Below, in pieces: positions 8,710 to 18,467 of a stretch of 64,000 bases of DNA. The stretch lies in the IMG/VR virus record IMGVR_UViG_3300027749_000046. The stretch is one strand, 5' to 3'. The translations under genes were made by a program, and so were the position numbers. The number at the start of each line of letters is the position of its first letter. Within the stretch, counting starts at the first letter, position 1. Source of the DNA: a virus. A model generated the notes under the pieces. That model did no database searches. It saw only the letters and a list, made by a program, of their open reading frames with translations, and was not told the DNA's origin.

Positions 8710-10888
8710 AGAACTGGCCAACGACTTCGGAGAATTGAACACCTGTTCTTACAGCAACGAAGTTGAGCTGTATGAAGTTGATCGAGCGAGCAGGCTTGAT
8801 ATAGATATCGCCCCAGAACTCATTGCGATCAATTCTCTCAGGTGTGTTGTTCGTATCGTCGCAGACCACGAGGAAGTCAGTGATGCCGCGACGGCCCTTG
8901 ATGTCCCTGAGGTATGGATTTACAAGGCTGGTAAACTGAGCCCTAGTGAACTGATCGTTGAACTCGAACAGCGTGAACTTGGCAGATGTCGAGATCGCCT
9001 TCTCGAGAACGATGAAGAGACGGCGAACGTTGATGCGGTCGAACGCAGAAGGCTTAGCCAGATGGGTCTTATCGCCGTACAGGACAGTTCCCTGACCTGG
9101 GAAAGACACCACCGGATTGACACCCTGAGGATAGAGCTGATCGCGAGCAGCCTTATTTGGATTGTAGGCGAGCTTGATTAGGTTCTTGATCTGACCGCGG
9201 TTGAAACCAGCAGGAGAGTACCATGGGTCTCTCTGGTTGTCAGTACGCACGCACAGACCAGCAGTATCGCCATTGAGAGGCACGTAGCGATAGATATCGT
9301 TGTAGCGATCGTACATGTACTTGTATCCGGAGTCCATGACTGCGTATGAGCTTGATCTGATCGCCTGACTGAAGGCGATGATGTTCGTCATCTCATATCC
9401 AATCTGATTCACTACGTCGGCGTAGCGAGGTGATACGAATACGATGCAGTCTTTTCTCTGCTCAGCGATATTGTCGATGAGATAGTTGGCGAGATTTACG
9501 TTTGTTGACTTACCGGTTAGAACAAGCGAGATGTCTATATTCTCAGCCGATGCATACAGATCGTAAGACCTCGTGATGTCAGTGAGAGGCATAGTTGTCT
9601 CATCGGCGCCGTTTGTTCCCTGCCAGAATTCATGCGTCTGAGGCTTGGTGAGAGAAGTTCCAGTAGCTGTAGCCACGCTTACTGCAGTATTAGATGGAGC
9701 ACTGCTGTCGTCGTTGATCATGTACACGTACTGAGACTGCTCATTGATCACGTTCTTAACATAGATCGTCGCGCCGTCAGGAGACTTGGAGTCGGTAGCA
9801 CGCGATAGGTGAGGGTACACCTCTAGGATAGTATTTGGAACACCGGTGATAGTACCGTCGTGGTCTGCTACTACAACGTGAATCTCGTCGAGCTGAGCAC
9901 TTGTATTTGCGATCTGAGCAGCCGTGTTGCCGAAGTTCGCCACGTAGTTTGACCTGCCAGGAGCTTTATCTACGTTAGGTGAGTACTCCCAGTTGCGCTG
10001 GAATGTAGTAGTAGAGTAGTCAGCGGCTAGGCGATACGTATCGTAGAAGCTGATCACGAACGTGGTCCAGTTTGTCGTATTTGAATAACCAGTTCTGTAT
10101 GAACCGTTTGAGTACGCGCCGTTCGAGGCCTGCATGTTGTTCGCTATTGCGTTGGGTGCAGTTATAGAAGATATCTGCAGGTACTGAGTTCCGATAGTCG
10201 AGTTACCAACTAGAATTCTATCCCCTACAGTAAGAGCATTGATTGCCGTTTGAGCTTGAGCATAGGTCTTTGTGATATCGCCTGATGCGCCTGGTCCAAC
10301 TATCACTGTAGCTACGTTTGAGTTCTGAGCCATGTAGAAGACACTCGACGTGGCATTTGTCTCTGCTGCGTTGGCGCTCGGCACAGTAACGTTGCTCTGG
10401 AATGCATTGGCACCCTCGCAGACGGATATCTTGAGGGCATTTCCAAGGGCACCTGGATACCTGGCGACGTAGTAGAAGTCAGATGGGAATGTATAGGATG
10501 CATTGGCTACCTTCGCGATGTAGTCATCGTGGTTCTTTATGGTGCCAAGAGCTAGATTTGTATTGGTCTGAGCCGTGTTATCAGTAAAGCTCGCCATCGC
10601 AGTGTAGGCGACATTTGAGCCGGTAGTCGTGTTCGCTGAGCGAGTCACATAGAGTTGATTGCCGTAACCAAGGAAGCTGGCCGCGGTGAACCAAGTCTCT
10701 GCGTTGAATGTCGTGGGCTTACCGAATCTCGTTGCGAGTGTCGTCTCGTTGTCGATGAACACTCTCTCGTCGATTGGACCCCATAGAAAAGGCCCTGCGA
10801 TTACACCCTGTGTTGTGGCTACTGCTGGGACGATAGTCGTTAGGTCAATTTCCGTTATATTGACGCCAGGACTTACTTGGAATGGCAT
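8708..10888 (-). CDS. gp18: Tail sheath protein (gp18)
   Basis: MPFQVSPGVNITEIDLT...PWYSPAGFNRGQIKN...AFDRINVRRLFIVLEKAI...IYIKPARSINFIQLNFVAVRTGVQFSEVVG. Confidence 0.98.
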   Translation of the reverse strand: MPFQVSPGVNITEIDLTTIVPAVATTQGVIAGPFLWGPIDERVFIDNETTLATRFGKPTTFNAETWFTAASFLGYGNQLYVTRSANTTTGSNVAYTAMASFTDNTAQTNTNLALGTIKNHDDYIAKVANASYTFPSDFYYVARYPGALGNALKISVCEGANAFQSNVTVPSANAAETNATSSVFYMAQNSNVATVIVGPGASGDITKTYAQAQTAINALTVGDRILVGNSTIGTQYLQISSITAPNAIANNMQASNGAYSNGSYRTGYSNTTNWTTFVISFYDTYRLAADYSTTTFQRNWEYSPNVDKAPGRSNYVANFGNTAAQIANTSAQLDEIHVVVADHDGTITGVPNTILEVYPHLSRATDSKSPDGATIYVKNVINEQSQYVYMINDDSSAPSNTAVSVATATGTSLTKPQTHEFWQGTNGADETTMPLTDITRSYDLYASAENIDISLVLTGKSTNVNLANYLIDNIAEQRKDCIVFVSPRYADVVNQIGYEMTNIIAFSQAIRSSSYAVMDSGYKYMYDRYNDIYRYVPLNGDTAGLCVRTDNQRDPWYSPAGFNRGQIKNLIKLAYNPNKAARDQLYPQGVNPVVSFPGQGTVLYGDKTHLAKPSAFDRINVRRLFIVLEKAISTSAKFTLFEFNDQFTRAQFTSLVNPYLRDIKGRRGITDFLVVCDDTNNTPERIDRNEFWGDIYIKPARSINFIQLNFVAVRTGVQFSEVVGQF

Positions 10889-10931
10889 GGGATGTCTCCT
10901 TTCATGCAGAAATAACTGATATGCTTTTGGA

Positions 10932-10939
10932 TATTTATA
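10932..10939 (-). promoter_or_regulatory. T4 late promoter TATAAATA for gp18
   Basis: Exact consensus in the gp17-gp18 gap. Confidence 0.8.
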
Positions 10940-10951
10940 ACTTGCTCGTTC

Positions 10952-12580
10952 TCAACGCATCAGCCAGTTCGCCTGCTCACCCTCTATAATCATGTCTTTA
11001 TCAGGATCAAACCCATCGTCCATGAATCCAAATGGCAGGAGATCTCCCATCATCTCCTCGTCCGTCTTTTCTCTGAGTCTCATGAGTGTATTTATGTCCG
11101 TCAGATCTCTAAAGTAGTTCTGATCTGACATCCATCCGAACAATACCAATGGCATAACTAAGTCATCATGTGCACCTGACTCAGCCTCGTAGCTCTCTCT
11201 TTTCTTAGAGAAAGTGGATAACTCTCGTATGGTCTCGAAGTCGTTTATTATAAGCTGGTTCTGCTCTATAAGCATCTTGAGCATCGAGCAGCCTACCGCC
11301 TTAACTGTCTTGGAAGTCCTGACTCCTCGCTCTTGTCCATGACCACCGAATCCGCTGGATATCTTCTTGCCCCTAGGAGTGTGTTCGGTATAGAGGATGT
11401 TAGGATACTCGAACTCAAACAGGAGGTCTCTCGCGACTTGATCGCCAACGTCATTGAGCTCGACTAGAACACCTGCGTTGTTATAGAGCTTGCATATGTT
11501 GTTCACGACGCTCGCATAGTCCATCGTCGTGATGACATTACTCCTATAGGTGCAGACCTGATTGTAAGGCATGGATGTCACGTCTATGATCTGGAAGCAC
11601 GAGTAGTCAAGTCCCTTACCCTGTGAAACGTCTACTACACAGACGTAGTAGTGTCCCTTCTCTGGCTTTGCGTACTGACTGAGTCCCTCGTGCTGAGCCA
11701 AAGGCATCTGATACGTGAGCTCCTTGAGCTTCCAGCCTGCTATCAGGGTACCGGAAGAACCCATGAACTCGACTTCCATCTCCTGAGCAAACTTCTCAGT
11801 GTCGCCGTTCATACCAGATAGAACTTGCGCCTTCCACTCCTCATTGCGGCCGGGAATGTCGTACCACATGACCTTTATAGGATTGTAGCTATTTCTACCC
11901 TCGACGGCACCTATCCACGTCTTATAGAAGTGGTTCAAGCCGAGAGGCGTAGACACGAGCACCACCTTGGTCGTATTACCTGAAGTGATGGTAGGAAAGA
12001 CCGACGTGAAGAACTCATCCCAGTTCTCGATGTGCGCGGCCTCGTCGATGAAGAGCAGATTGATGGTATAACCACGGATGGCGTCCGCTGACGTAGCGCC
12101 GGCTATAACTCGAGACTGATTCTCGAGCTCGAATGAACCCTTGTTCCACTCGACGACACCCTGCTGCAGCCACTTGGGGAGATGCTGGTAGGCCAGCTGC
12201 ACTCGACCGAGGATCTCTCGAGCGGTGTCTCCTTTGTTGGCGAGAAGTGCCACTGTCTTCTCTGAGTGGAATATGATGTACCACAGTATGAACGCGCATG
12301 TGGTCGTCGACTTGCCGGCCTGTCGAGCGGTCGCTATGATCGTATACCTGTTGTCAGACATCGACTGCAGCATGTTCTTCTGGTAGTCGTACAGGTTGAA
12401 GTTTATCAAACCCTTGTCGACGTTGATGATCTTCATGTACTTCTCGGTGAAGTACACTACGTCCTGAGAGCACTTTAGGTACTCCTGTATTAGATCTGGA
12501 GTCCAGTCGACCGCGATGCCAGTTCTCTTGATGTTCGCGTTGCCGTTGTATCCCTTGTAGTTGGCAATATTGTCAACCAT
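10952..12580 (-). CDS. gp17: Terminase large subunit (gp17)
   Basis: Walker A ARQAGKSTT, Walker B LLFIDEAAH, VSTPLGLNHFY, nuclease motifs DVSQGKGLDYS and HDDLVM. Confidence 0.98.
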   Translation of the reverse strand: MVDNIANYKGYNGNANIKRTGIAVDWTPDLIQEYLKCSQDVVYFTEKYMKIINVDKGLINFNLYDYQKNMLQSMSDNRYTIIATARQAGKSTTTCAFILWYIIFHSEKTVALLANKGDTAREILGRVQLAYQHLPKWLQQGVVEWNKGSFELENQSRVIAGATSADAIRGYTINLLFIDEAAHIENWDEFFTSVFPTITSGNTTKVVLVSTPLGLNHFYKTWIGAVEGRNSYNPIKVMWYDIPGRNEEWKAQVLSGMNGDTEKFAQEMEVEFMGSSGTLIAGWKLKELTYQMPLAQHEGLSQYAKPEKGHYYVCVVDVSQGKGLDYSCFQIIDVTSMPYNQVCTYRSNVITTMDYASVVNNICKLYNNAGVLVELNDVGDQVARDLLFEFEYPNILYTEHTPRGKKISSGFGGHGQERGVRTSKTVKAVGCSMLKMLIEQNQLIINDFETIRELSTFSKKRESYEAESGAHDDLVMPLVLFGWMSDQNYFRDLTDINTLMRLREKTDEEMMGDLLPFGFMDDGFDPDKDMIIEGEQANWLMR

Positions 12581-12989
12581 TCTTCATGTCCGCTATCATC
12601 TTCTGCAGTTCAGCGGTGCTGCCGACAAACATGTTGTTGTTTATGGTCTTGGCCTGAGAGCCGACTGGTCTGTCGGCATCGTTGAGCTGGCGTATGCTCT
12701 TCTGGATATCCATGAGATCTTTGTTGGCATCGAGTATCGTCTTCATGACGGTGGCCACAACCTCGTAGGCACGGGGATGCTGCGACTGGTCCGCTATCTG
12801 CCCGAGGTTCTGCATTGCCTCCATGCCAGTCTCGATCACCCGATATATGTTTGATCTTGCGTAGTCGAAGTCCTTAGTCGCGCTGTCGTCGTGCGCTTGC
12901 ACCAGCATGTCATGAACTATGCCGTCTTTTACAAGAGGATTCATACCTAGAGCTGAGCTTATGGGATCATTGTTTGCTTGGTCACTCAT
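12573..12989 (-). CDS. gp16: Terminase small subunit (gp16)
   Basis: DFDYARSNIY...QHPRAYEVVA...NNNMFVGSTAELQKMI; overlaps the gp17 start. Confidence 0.93.
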   Translation of the reverse strand: MSDQANNDPISSALGMNPLVKDGIVHDMLVQAHDDSATKDFDYARSNIYRVIETGMEAMQNLGQIADQSQHPRAYEVVATVMKTILDANKDLMDIQKSIRQLNDADRPVGSQAKTINNNMFVGSTAELQKMIADMKNG

Positions 12990-13813
12990 TCTATCTCGTT
13001 CACGTTTATTACAAATCCAAAGTCATCGGCTATAGTTATCTGGTCTACTGGTATAGAAAGTGAAGAATTACCGGTAGGCATGCCGTTTGCAGTGAGACCC
13101 GGCTGTATGTGCACGTTATAGTGACTGAGTAGCTGAGTGTTGGCTGACTTGATCTCATCTGTAGTGGCAACGTAGAAGTTCGTGTTCGCGTACTTTATGA
13201 TCTTGCTCGACTTGACTGGACCGTAGATGTATCCCTTGAGAGTGAAGGTGAGAGTCCAAGTCAGACTCCTCCTCGTCTTAAAGCTCTCTTCGTACTGGTC
13301 GTTGAGACGAACTGTATTCAAGATAATCGGTATGTCCATGACTACGTTCATCTCTGGTATCAGCTTAACTGTGCTCGTCCAGTCTGGAGTAAAGAACGGC
13401 AGTATCTGCTCGATGATCTTTGTGCCATCCTCGGCGTTCTTTACCATTATATTTAGCTCAAAGTCTATATTGTATGGTACGGGATTGTACTGATAGCTGA
13501 TGGCATTTGGACTGGCAGAGTTGGCAGTCACAATCTTATTGACAGTAGGGAGCTTCCTGCTTCCATCGTATGATATCGACTTCATCTCGAATGACATGAT
13601 CGGCAGCTGTACTGCGAACTGCCTGTCTATATTAGGGTCTGCTATAACGCGAGCTAGCATCTTGTCTTTTGGACCGTAGGCAAGCGGTACCTTAAGCACG
13701 GAGGTCACACTTCCGGCTTTACTCTTTCTGATGATGTGAACATCATTGAACAGGGTGCCGAATAAGATGACGTACTTGCGTATTGTGTCGAAATAAAATG
13801 TCTGGCCGAACAT
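12986..13813 (-). CDS. gp15: Tail sheath stabilizer / completion protein (gp15)
   Basis: FYFDTIRKYVILFGTLFND, VPLAYGPKDK, PVPYNIDFEL, QILPFFTP. Confidence 0.95.
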   Translation of the reverse strand: MFGQTFYFDTIRKYVILFGTLFNDVHIIRKSKAGSVTSVLKVPLAYGPKDKMLARVIADPNIDRQFAVQLPIMSFEMKSISYDGSRKLPTVNKIVTANSASPNAISYQYNPVPYNIDFELNIMVKNAEDGTKIIEQILPFFTPDWTSTVKLIPEMNVVMDIPIILNTVRLNDQYEESFKTRRSLTWTLTFTLKGYIYGPVKSSKIIKYANTNFYVATTDEIKSANTQLLSHYNVHIQPGLTANGMPTGNSSLSIPVDQITIADDFGFVINVNEIE

Positions 13814-14547
13814 CAGAATACTCCCATCTCAGAGAAGGGATCTTTCTCAGTGAAGTCGACAAACCCATTCGACTCGGTCTGAACATCGCCTATGACGTCT
13901 ATATTCGCCTGACTAGATGCTCCCTCAAATGTCTCTACGACAAGATAGTCACTGTCTTCTGTCATCAGGTAGTTTCCGTCTTCATCTAGTATCGTCCAGT
14001 CGAGAACATTCTCGCTGAACTTTGTCTGCATGATGTCTATCTCAGGGATGCCGGTGTTGAATACCTCACTCGAGTACTCGAATAACTCGCATGTCATCTC
14101 GTAGGTCTGCAGGGCTCCGAGCTGATAGAACATCTCGAACTTGTTCGTGAACTTGATCTGGAAGCACTTCCTGTTGAGCGGGAAGTATATGAGATCGCCC
14201 TCGTTCGGTCTGATCTGACCTGTTATAGTCTGGATCTCCTCGTTGAACGTCCTCTGCGCGACCGAGAACACCACCTGATCTCTGATCTCAAGACCGAACT
14301 TGCTCATGAAGTTGCCGTCGCCTGAGAACCCGTCGATGGACTTTATATACATGCAGACGAGTATGGCTTTCTCATATCGCGATGAGTCGTCTTCCGTATA
14401 TAGATCGTCTTTATTAGCGATCACGCGAGGAATGTAGTACATGTCCTGCCCATAGATCGAGATGGCCTCCACTACGAGGTCCTCGAGCAGACGCTGCTCC
14501 TGTGAGCTCTGGAAATTATTGAAGAAGAAGCTCGACATGCCTGCCAT
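13813..14547 (-). CDS. gp14: Neck protein (gp14)
   Basis: EQRLLEDLVVEAISIYGQDMYYIPR, SKFGLEIRD, RPNEGDLIYFP, CELFEYS, DFTEKDPF. Confidence 0.95.
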   Translation of the reverse strand: MAGMSSFFFNNFQSSQEQRLLEDLVVEAISIYGQDMYYIPRVIANKDDLYTEDDSSRYEKAILVCMYIKSIDGFSGDGNFMSKFGLEIRDQVVFSVAQRTFNEEIQTITGQIRPNEGDLIYFPLNRKCFQIKFTNKFEMFYQLGALQTYEMTCELFEYSSEVFNTGIPEIDIMQTKFSENVLDWTILDEDGNYLMTEDSDYLVVETFEGASSQANIDVIGDVQTESNGFVDFTEKDPFSEMGVF

Positions 14548-14548
14548 G

Positions 14549-15289
14549 TTAATATATCATGTCGCTGACTGGAATGCTGTAGCTCTCGATCATCTCTTTC
14601 TCAAGCGCGGCTCTCTCTTGAACCGCCTCGTTGTAGATCTGCTGGCCGTTGAACGTCATGCCACCCGGTAGCTGCATTCCCTGGTACTTCTTGATGTTCT
14701 CTCCCCACTGCTGCTTTATCAGGCACGTGGCGTACCTAGCGAGCCAGCGATCGCCCCAGGTCTTGGTGTATACGTCTGGATCGATCACCTGATAGGCCTC
14801 GACGATGAGGTAGTTACCTACACTCAGCTTTCCCCAGTCCATGTCGATGTATAGCTTATTGACGTGTCGATTATAGCGGATAGGCTGCTTGCCGACGAGA
14901 ATCTGCTCTAGAAACTGAATGTGCGTCAATGCCATGACGTACGGTACCATCGACACGGATGTCAGAGTGTACAAGTCGTTGAGGGCGATCTGATAGCGGA
15001 TGTTGAACAGGTTGTTGGTGTTGAGAGAAGCGCCGACGTCAAAGATGTTTATCACGCCGATGATGTTGTCCGGCATCGTGATGTACTTGTTGTCTATGTC
15101 GGTCTGAGTTACAGGCCACTTGTAGTAAGTCTTATCGGTACCGTCGAAGTGATAGTCTGCAAAGTACAGGAGTGCCTCAGAGATGCGGTCGTCTACCTGA
15201 TCGTCGTCGACGTTGATCTCGATGACGGGCTTACCCAGCTTGCGCAGGCAGTACTGCTTGAATGATTCTCTACTGGTAGGTATAGCCAT
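14549..15289 (-). CDS. gp13: Neck protein (gp13)
   Basis: YCLRKLGKPVIEINVDDDQVDDRI, KQQWGENIKKYQGMQLPGGMTFNG. Confidence 0.96.
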   Translation of the reverse strand: MAIPTSRESFKQYCLRKLGKPVIEINVDDDQVDDRISEALLYFADYHFDGTDKTYYKWPVTQTDIDNKYITMPDNIIGVINIFDVGASLNTNNLFNIRYQIALNDLYTLTSVSMVPYVMALTHIQFLEQILVGKQPIRYNRHVNKLYIDMDWGKLSVGNYLIVEAYQVIDPDVYTKTWGDRWLARYATCLIKQQWGENIKKYQGMQLPGGMTFNGQQIYNEAVQERAALEKEMIESYSIPVSDMIY

Positions 15290-15309
15290 AAGTAACTCCT
15301 GTTTATCAG

Positions 15310-15317
15310 TATTTATA
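15310..15317 (-). promoter_or_regulatory. T4 late promoter TATAAATA for the gp13 operon
   Basis: Exact consensus in the 30-bp gap. Confidence 0.8.
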
Positions 15318-15319
15318 AG

Positions 15320-16894
15320 TTACTTGATAACATACACGCGAACTTCGCCGCGAGATCCTGGTTGATTAGTAATGCCGCAGCCGCCGCCGCCTGGAGTACT
15401 AGAACCCGTAGTGCCATTGGCACCGTATCCGCCAAATATAGAAATACCAACGCCTGCGGTTGTTGTGCCCATGCCGCCGCCGCCGCCAAAGACAGAATTT
15501 CCAGCAGCTCCTGTCATAGCCGCACCTCCGGCTCCACCAAATATAGATGTTCCACCATTGCCGGCAACACCTCCGCTGGTACCGCCGCCGCCACCACCAC
15601 CGAACGTGCTAATACCTCCAGCAGTACCAGAAGCACCGCCAAGTGGTCCTCCAGCTGTTCCGCGGCCGCCGTTGTTAAATGTACCGCCCCCTCCGCCGCC
15701 AAGTCCAGTACTGCCTGCTCCGCCGCCTCCGTACGCTAATAAAGTTCCAAAGCTAGAATTACTCCCGTTTGCTCCAGCCGTGCCGCCTGATCCAACTGTC
15801 ACACTAGCAGAAGTTGCTATAGAGCTGTTAGACAATAGAAACATTCCCTGTTCATATCCACCGCCACCACCACCTGAGTTATTAGTCGAGTTATTTCCAC
15901 CACCGCCGCCACCCCACATCATTACAAACACTGTTTCATTTCCAGATAAAAACGGCCGTATAAAGTTATTCGTGTCATTTAACGGATTAATCCAAGTTTG
16001 CGTAGTGGTTGAATCCGTAAAGATCTGAGTATTGACTATGGCACCTAGAGGAACAGATGCTCCTGGAAAGCCAATTCCATTCCAAGTAACACCGCTTAGA
16101 GTGAGAGATGGAACAGATATGCCATAGGGAGTTATGATGCTGGTATTACCGGTGTTAAACGTGTTAGAATTTACGTTGACTGTTCCGTATGTGCCAGTGC
16201 CAACTCTAATGGTCGTTGTATCACTGAATGCAAAGTTAGAAAAATCAGAAGTAAAAGTACTAGACCCAGGAGGCGCGTACGAGAATGTAAACCCACTTCC
16301 GCTAAACTCACAATTCATTATAATTCTTATTCCATAGTACTGACCCGCAACAAGATTAGCTGTAGCTATATTTGGTCCAGCACTTGAGTTGATGTTTAAG
16401 TTCGAGTACAAAGCATTGGCACTTTGAAGATACTGGTTAGTGCTGTTAGCAATGCCTAGACCGGCATTTGCTCCTAAAAATATACCTATTAAGTTATAAG
16501 CATAACTTGCGTCTGTAGACAGATTAAAAGACCACTGACCTGTTGTTCTCGGCAGCAAGTATCCAGTCCACATATAAGAAGTTGAAATCTGTACTCCATC
16601 AAGAGTATCAGAGCTATTATTCAAGCTTCTGAAGTCAAAATAAGTGGTATAACCTATGTTATTAGCATAGTAGTTGCTGTCGAAGATATGATTTATATTT
16701 CCATCCCCATACCAGCCGATACCTTGCTGTGCGTACTCTGTGAATAAAAGACCATTACTGAGAGGGCCAGAAGCGACCACAGACGGGCCAATAGACGTAT
16801 TATTAGTATTAGCTATAGTCAAGCCATTAAAAGATAAGCTTGAAGAAGTTATGACAGAGTTAGATATATTTGCATTGGCTACTATTAATTGCAT
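15320..16894 (-). CDS. Fibre-tip/adhesin with PA14/GLEYA-like lectin domain and C-terminal glycine-rich (gp38-like polyglycine) domain
   Basis: WTGYLLPRTTGQWSFNLSTD...LVAGQYYGIRI...FSYAPPG (PA14-like); QIFT...MWGGGGGG...GSRGEVRVY glycine-rich domain. Confidence 0.7.
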   Translation of the reverse strand: MQLIVANANISNSVITSSSLSFNGLTIANTNNTSIGPSVVASGPLSNGLLFTEYAQQGIGWYGDGNINHIFDSNYYANNIGYTTYFDFRSLNNSSDTLDGVQISTSYMWTGYLLPRTTGQWSFNLSTDASYAYNLIGIFLGANAGLGIANSTNQYLQSANALYSNLNINSSAGPNIATANLVAGQYYGIRIIMNCEFSGSGFTFSYAPPGSSTFTSDFSNFAFSDTTTIRVGTGTYGTVNVNSNTFNTGNTSIITPYGISVPSLTLSGVTWNGIGFPGASVPLGAIVNTQIFTDSTTTQTWINPLNDTNNFIRPFLSGNETVFVMMWGGGGGGNNSTNNSGGGGGGYEQGMFLLSNSSIATSASVTVGSGGTAGANGSNSSFGTLLAYGGGGAGSTGLGGGGGGTFNNGGRGTAGGPLGGASGTAGGISTFGGGGGGGTSGGVAGNGGTSIFGGAGGAAMTGAAGNSVFGGGGGMGTTTAGVGISIFGGYGANGTTGSSTPGGGGCGITNQPGSRGEVRVYVIK

Positions 16895-16898
16895 CTTA

Positions 16899-18467
16899 TT
16901 ATCCTACGTGTGTTATCCATACTCTGACCTCGCCGCGCGCACCTGCGCTATATGTGCTGACACCAGTGCCGCCTCCACCTGGAATACCTGCAAGTTGAGA
17001 CGTATTAGCGCCCTTTCCTCCAAAAGTCGAAGTAGTAACAGCAAGAGCGCCTGTACCACCGCCTCCACCGTATATACTAGATCCGCCGGCATTGACACCA
17101 GTGCCGCCTCCGCCTCCTCCGTATACAGACCAACCGGCTGCGGTCGTATTATTAGATCCAGCGCCGCCGCCGAATGTAGAATTTGAAGAAGTGCTATTAC
17201 CTCCTAGGGGACTTCCTCCAGTAACAACAGTGCTGTTACCTATTGCGCCCGCTGAAAAAGTACCGCCTCCAGATCCACCCGAAGATCCTGTGGTAGAATT
17301 TGCAAATCCACCGCCGCCGCCATATGCTGTGATAGAGAAAGTAGTGTTTGCATAGAAGATAGAGTTACCGCCAATACCTCCGTTTGCACCTGTAGTGCCT
17401 GCTGCCCCGCCTAGTCCCACTACAACGTTACAAGTGGCATTGCACTGGCTAGCTAGAAGATTAACCACAGTGCATCCGCCACCGCCGCCGCCGTTGTTTA
17501 TGGTATTAGCAGACCCGCCACCACCACCACCCCACATCATTATTGTGATCAAGTCGCCGCTCGTCGTATTAGCTGGTTTAGTCCAAGTTCCATTCGCCGT
17601 GAACACCTGGTAGTTCGATGTATTACCAAGAGGTGCAGAGGGGAAAGACGTGTAGTTCGTTCCGTTGATAGTTATGCTGTTTGTTGATAGTCCGCTGGAA
17701 TTTATAACAGAATTGCCAGCTGCTATAGAAGTGCTATTAATAACAACGTTGCCTACTGATATATTTTGATACGTCGTAATAGAAAGTGTCGGAGTATAAC
17801 TTGACGGAGAAGTTCCAATTTCTAGCTGTGGACCCCAGATATACATTCCTGAAGTTCCATCGCCGGTGTATGTCTGATAAATTCCAGATACATCTGTTAA
17901 GTAGTACGAGAATACTAAATTCTGCTGGTTACTAACAGTAAACGGAACATAGACTCTATACCAACCGTTTCCAACATAAGTTGTATTTCCAAAGTAATTG
18001 CCGATAGCTGAACCATATGAAGTAGTAGTATAATACGCTCCGTTATTGAGAAGATCAAAATTATATCCAAGGCCATCAGTATAAGATATATCTTCGCACA
18101 TAAGTTCCGCATAGCGCTTCTCTGCTGCCTTAAAGTACATGCTGAAGCAGATAGGAGTTGTGCCTGGCCAGCTTGGAAATGAAGATTGAGATACAGGGTT
18201 ATTATAGTAAGATATATTGTGCCTGCTGTAGCTCGTGTCTTCTGTCAATTTATAGGCGGTGAGAGTTCCATCGGGAGCGATAGTCGCGTTGGCTGTTAAT
18301 GTAACACCAGTTTGATTCCATGCTGCGCCGCTGAATGTCTTACTATATAAAAATCTATTCTCTCCGCCGCCTGCAGATATGGTCTGAGTGCTCGTAGTAT
18401 TACCTATTACGAGAGTATTGGCTTGTATAGAACCGACATATACAGTCGTGGCATTTACCTGTGACAT
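16899..18467 (-). CDS. Fibre-tip/adhesin with CBM-like jelly-roll insert and glycine-rich domain
   Basis: NRFLYSKTFSGAAW...APDGTLTAYKL...GNGWYRV...YTGDGTSGMYIWGPQLE...SYTPT insert; QVFTANGTWTKP...MWGGGGGG...GARGEVRVW. Confidence 0.7.
   Translation of the reverse strand: MSQVNATTVYVGSIQANTLVIGNTTSTQTISAGGGENRFLYSKTFSGAAWNQTGVTLTANATIAPDGTLTAYKLTEDTSYSRHNISYYNNPVSQSSFPSWPGTTPICFSMYFKAAEKRYAELMCEDISYTDGLGYNFDLLNNGAYYTTTSYGSAIGNYFGNTTYVGNGWYRVYVPFTVSNQQNLVFSYYLTDVSGIYQTYTGDGTSGMYIWGPQLEIGTSPSSYTPTLSITTYQNISVGNVVINSTSIAAGNSVINSSGLSTNSITINGTNYTSFPSAPLGNTSNYQVFTANGTWTKPANTTSGDLITIMMWGGGGGGSANTINNGGGGGGCTVVNLLASQCNATCNVVVGLGGAAGTTGANGGIGGNSIFYANTTFSITAYGGGGGFANSTTGSSGGSGGGTFSAGAIGNSTVVTGGSPLGGNSTSSNSTFGGGAGSNNTTAAGWSVYGGGGGGTGVNAGGSSIYGGGGGTGALAVTTSTFGGKGANTSQLAGIPGGGGTGVSTYSAGARGEVRVWITHVG

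Noticed and set aside
6281-12580. Introns, inteins or homing endonucleases in portal, sheath or terminase genes
   Set aside because: ORFs are continuous and of normal length, with no intein or HNH/GIY-YIG motifs recognised
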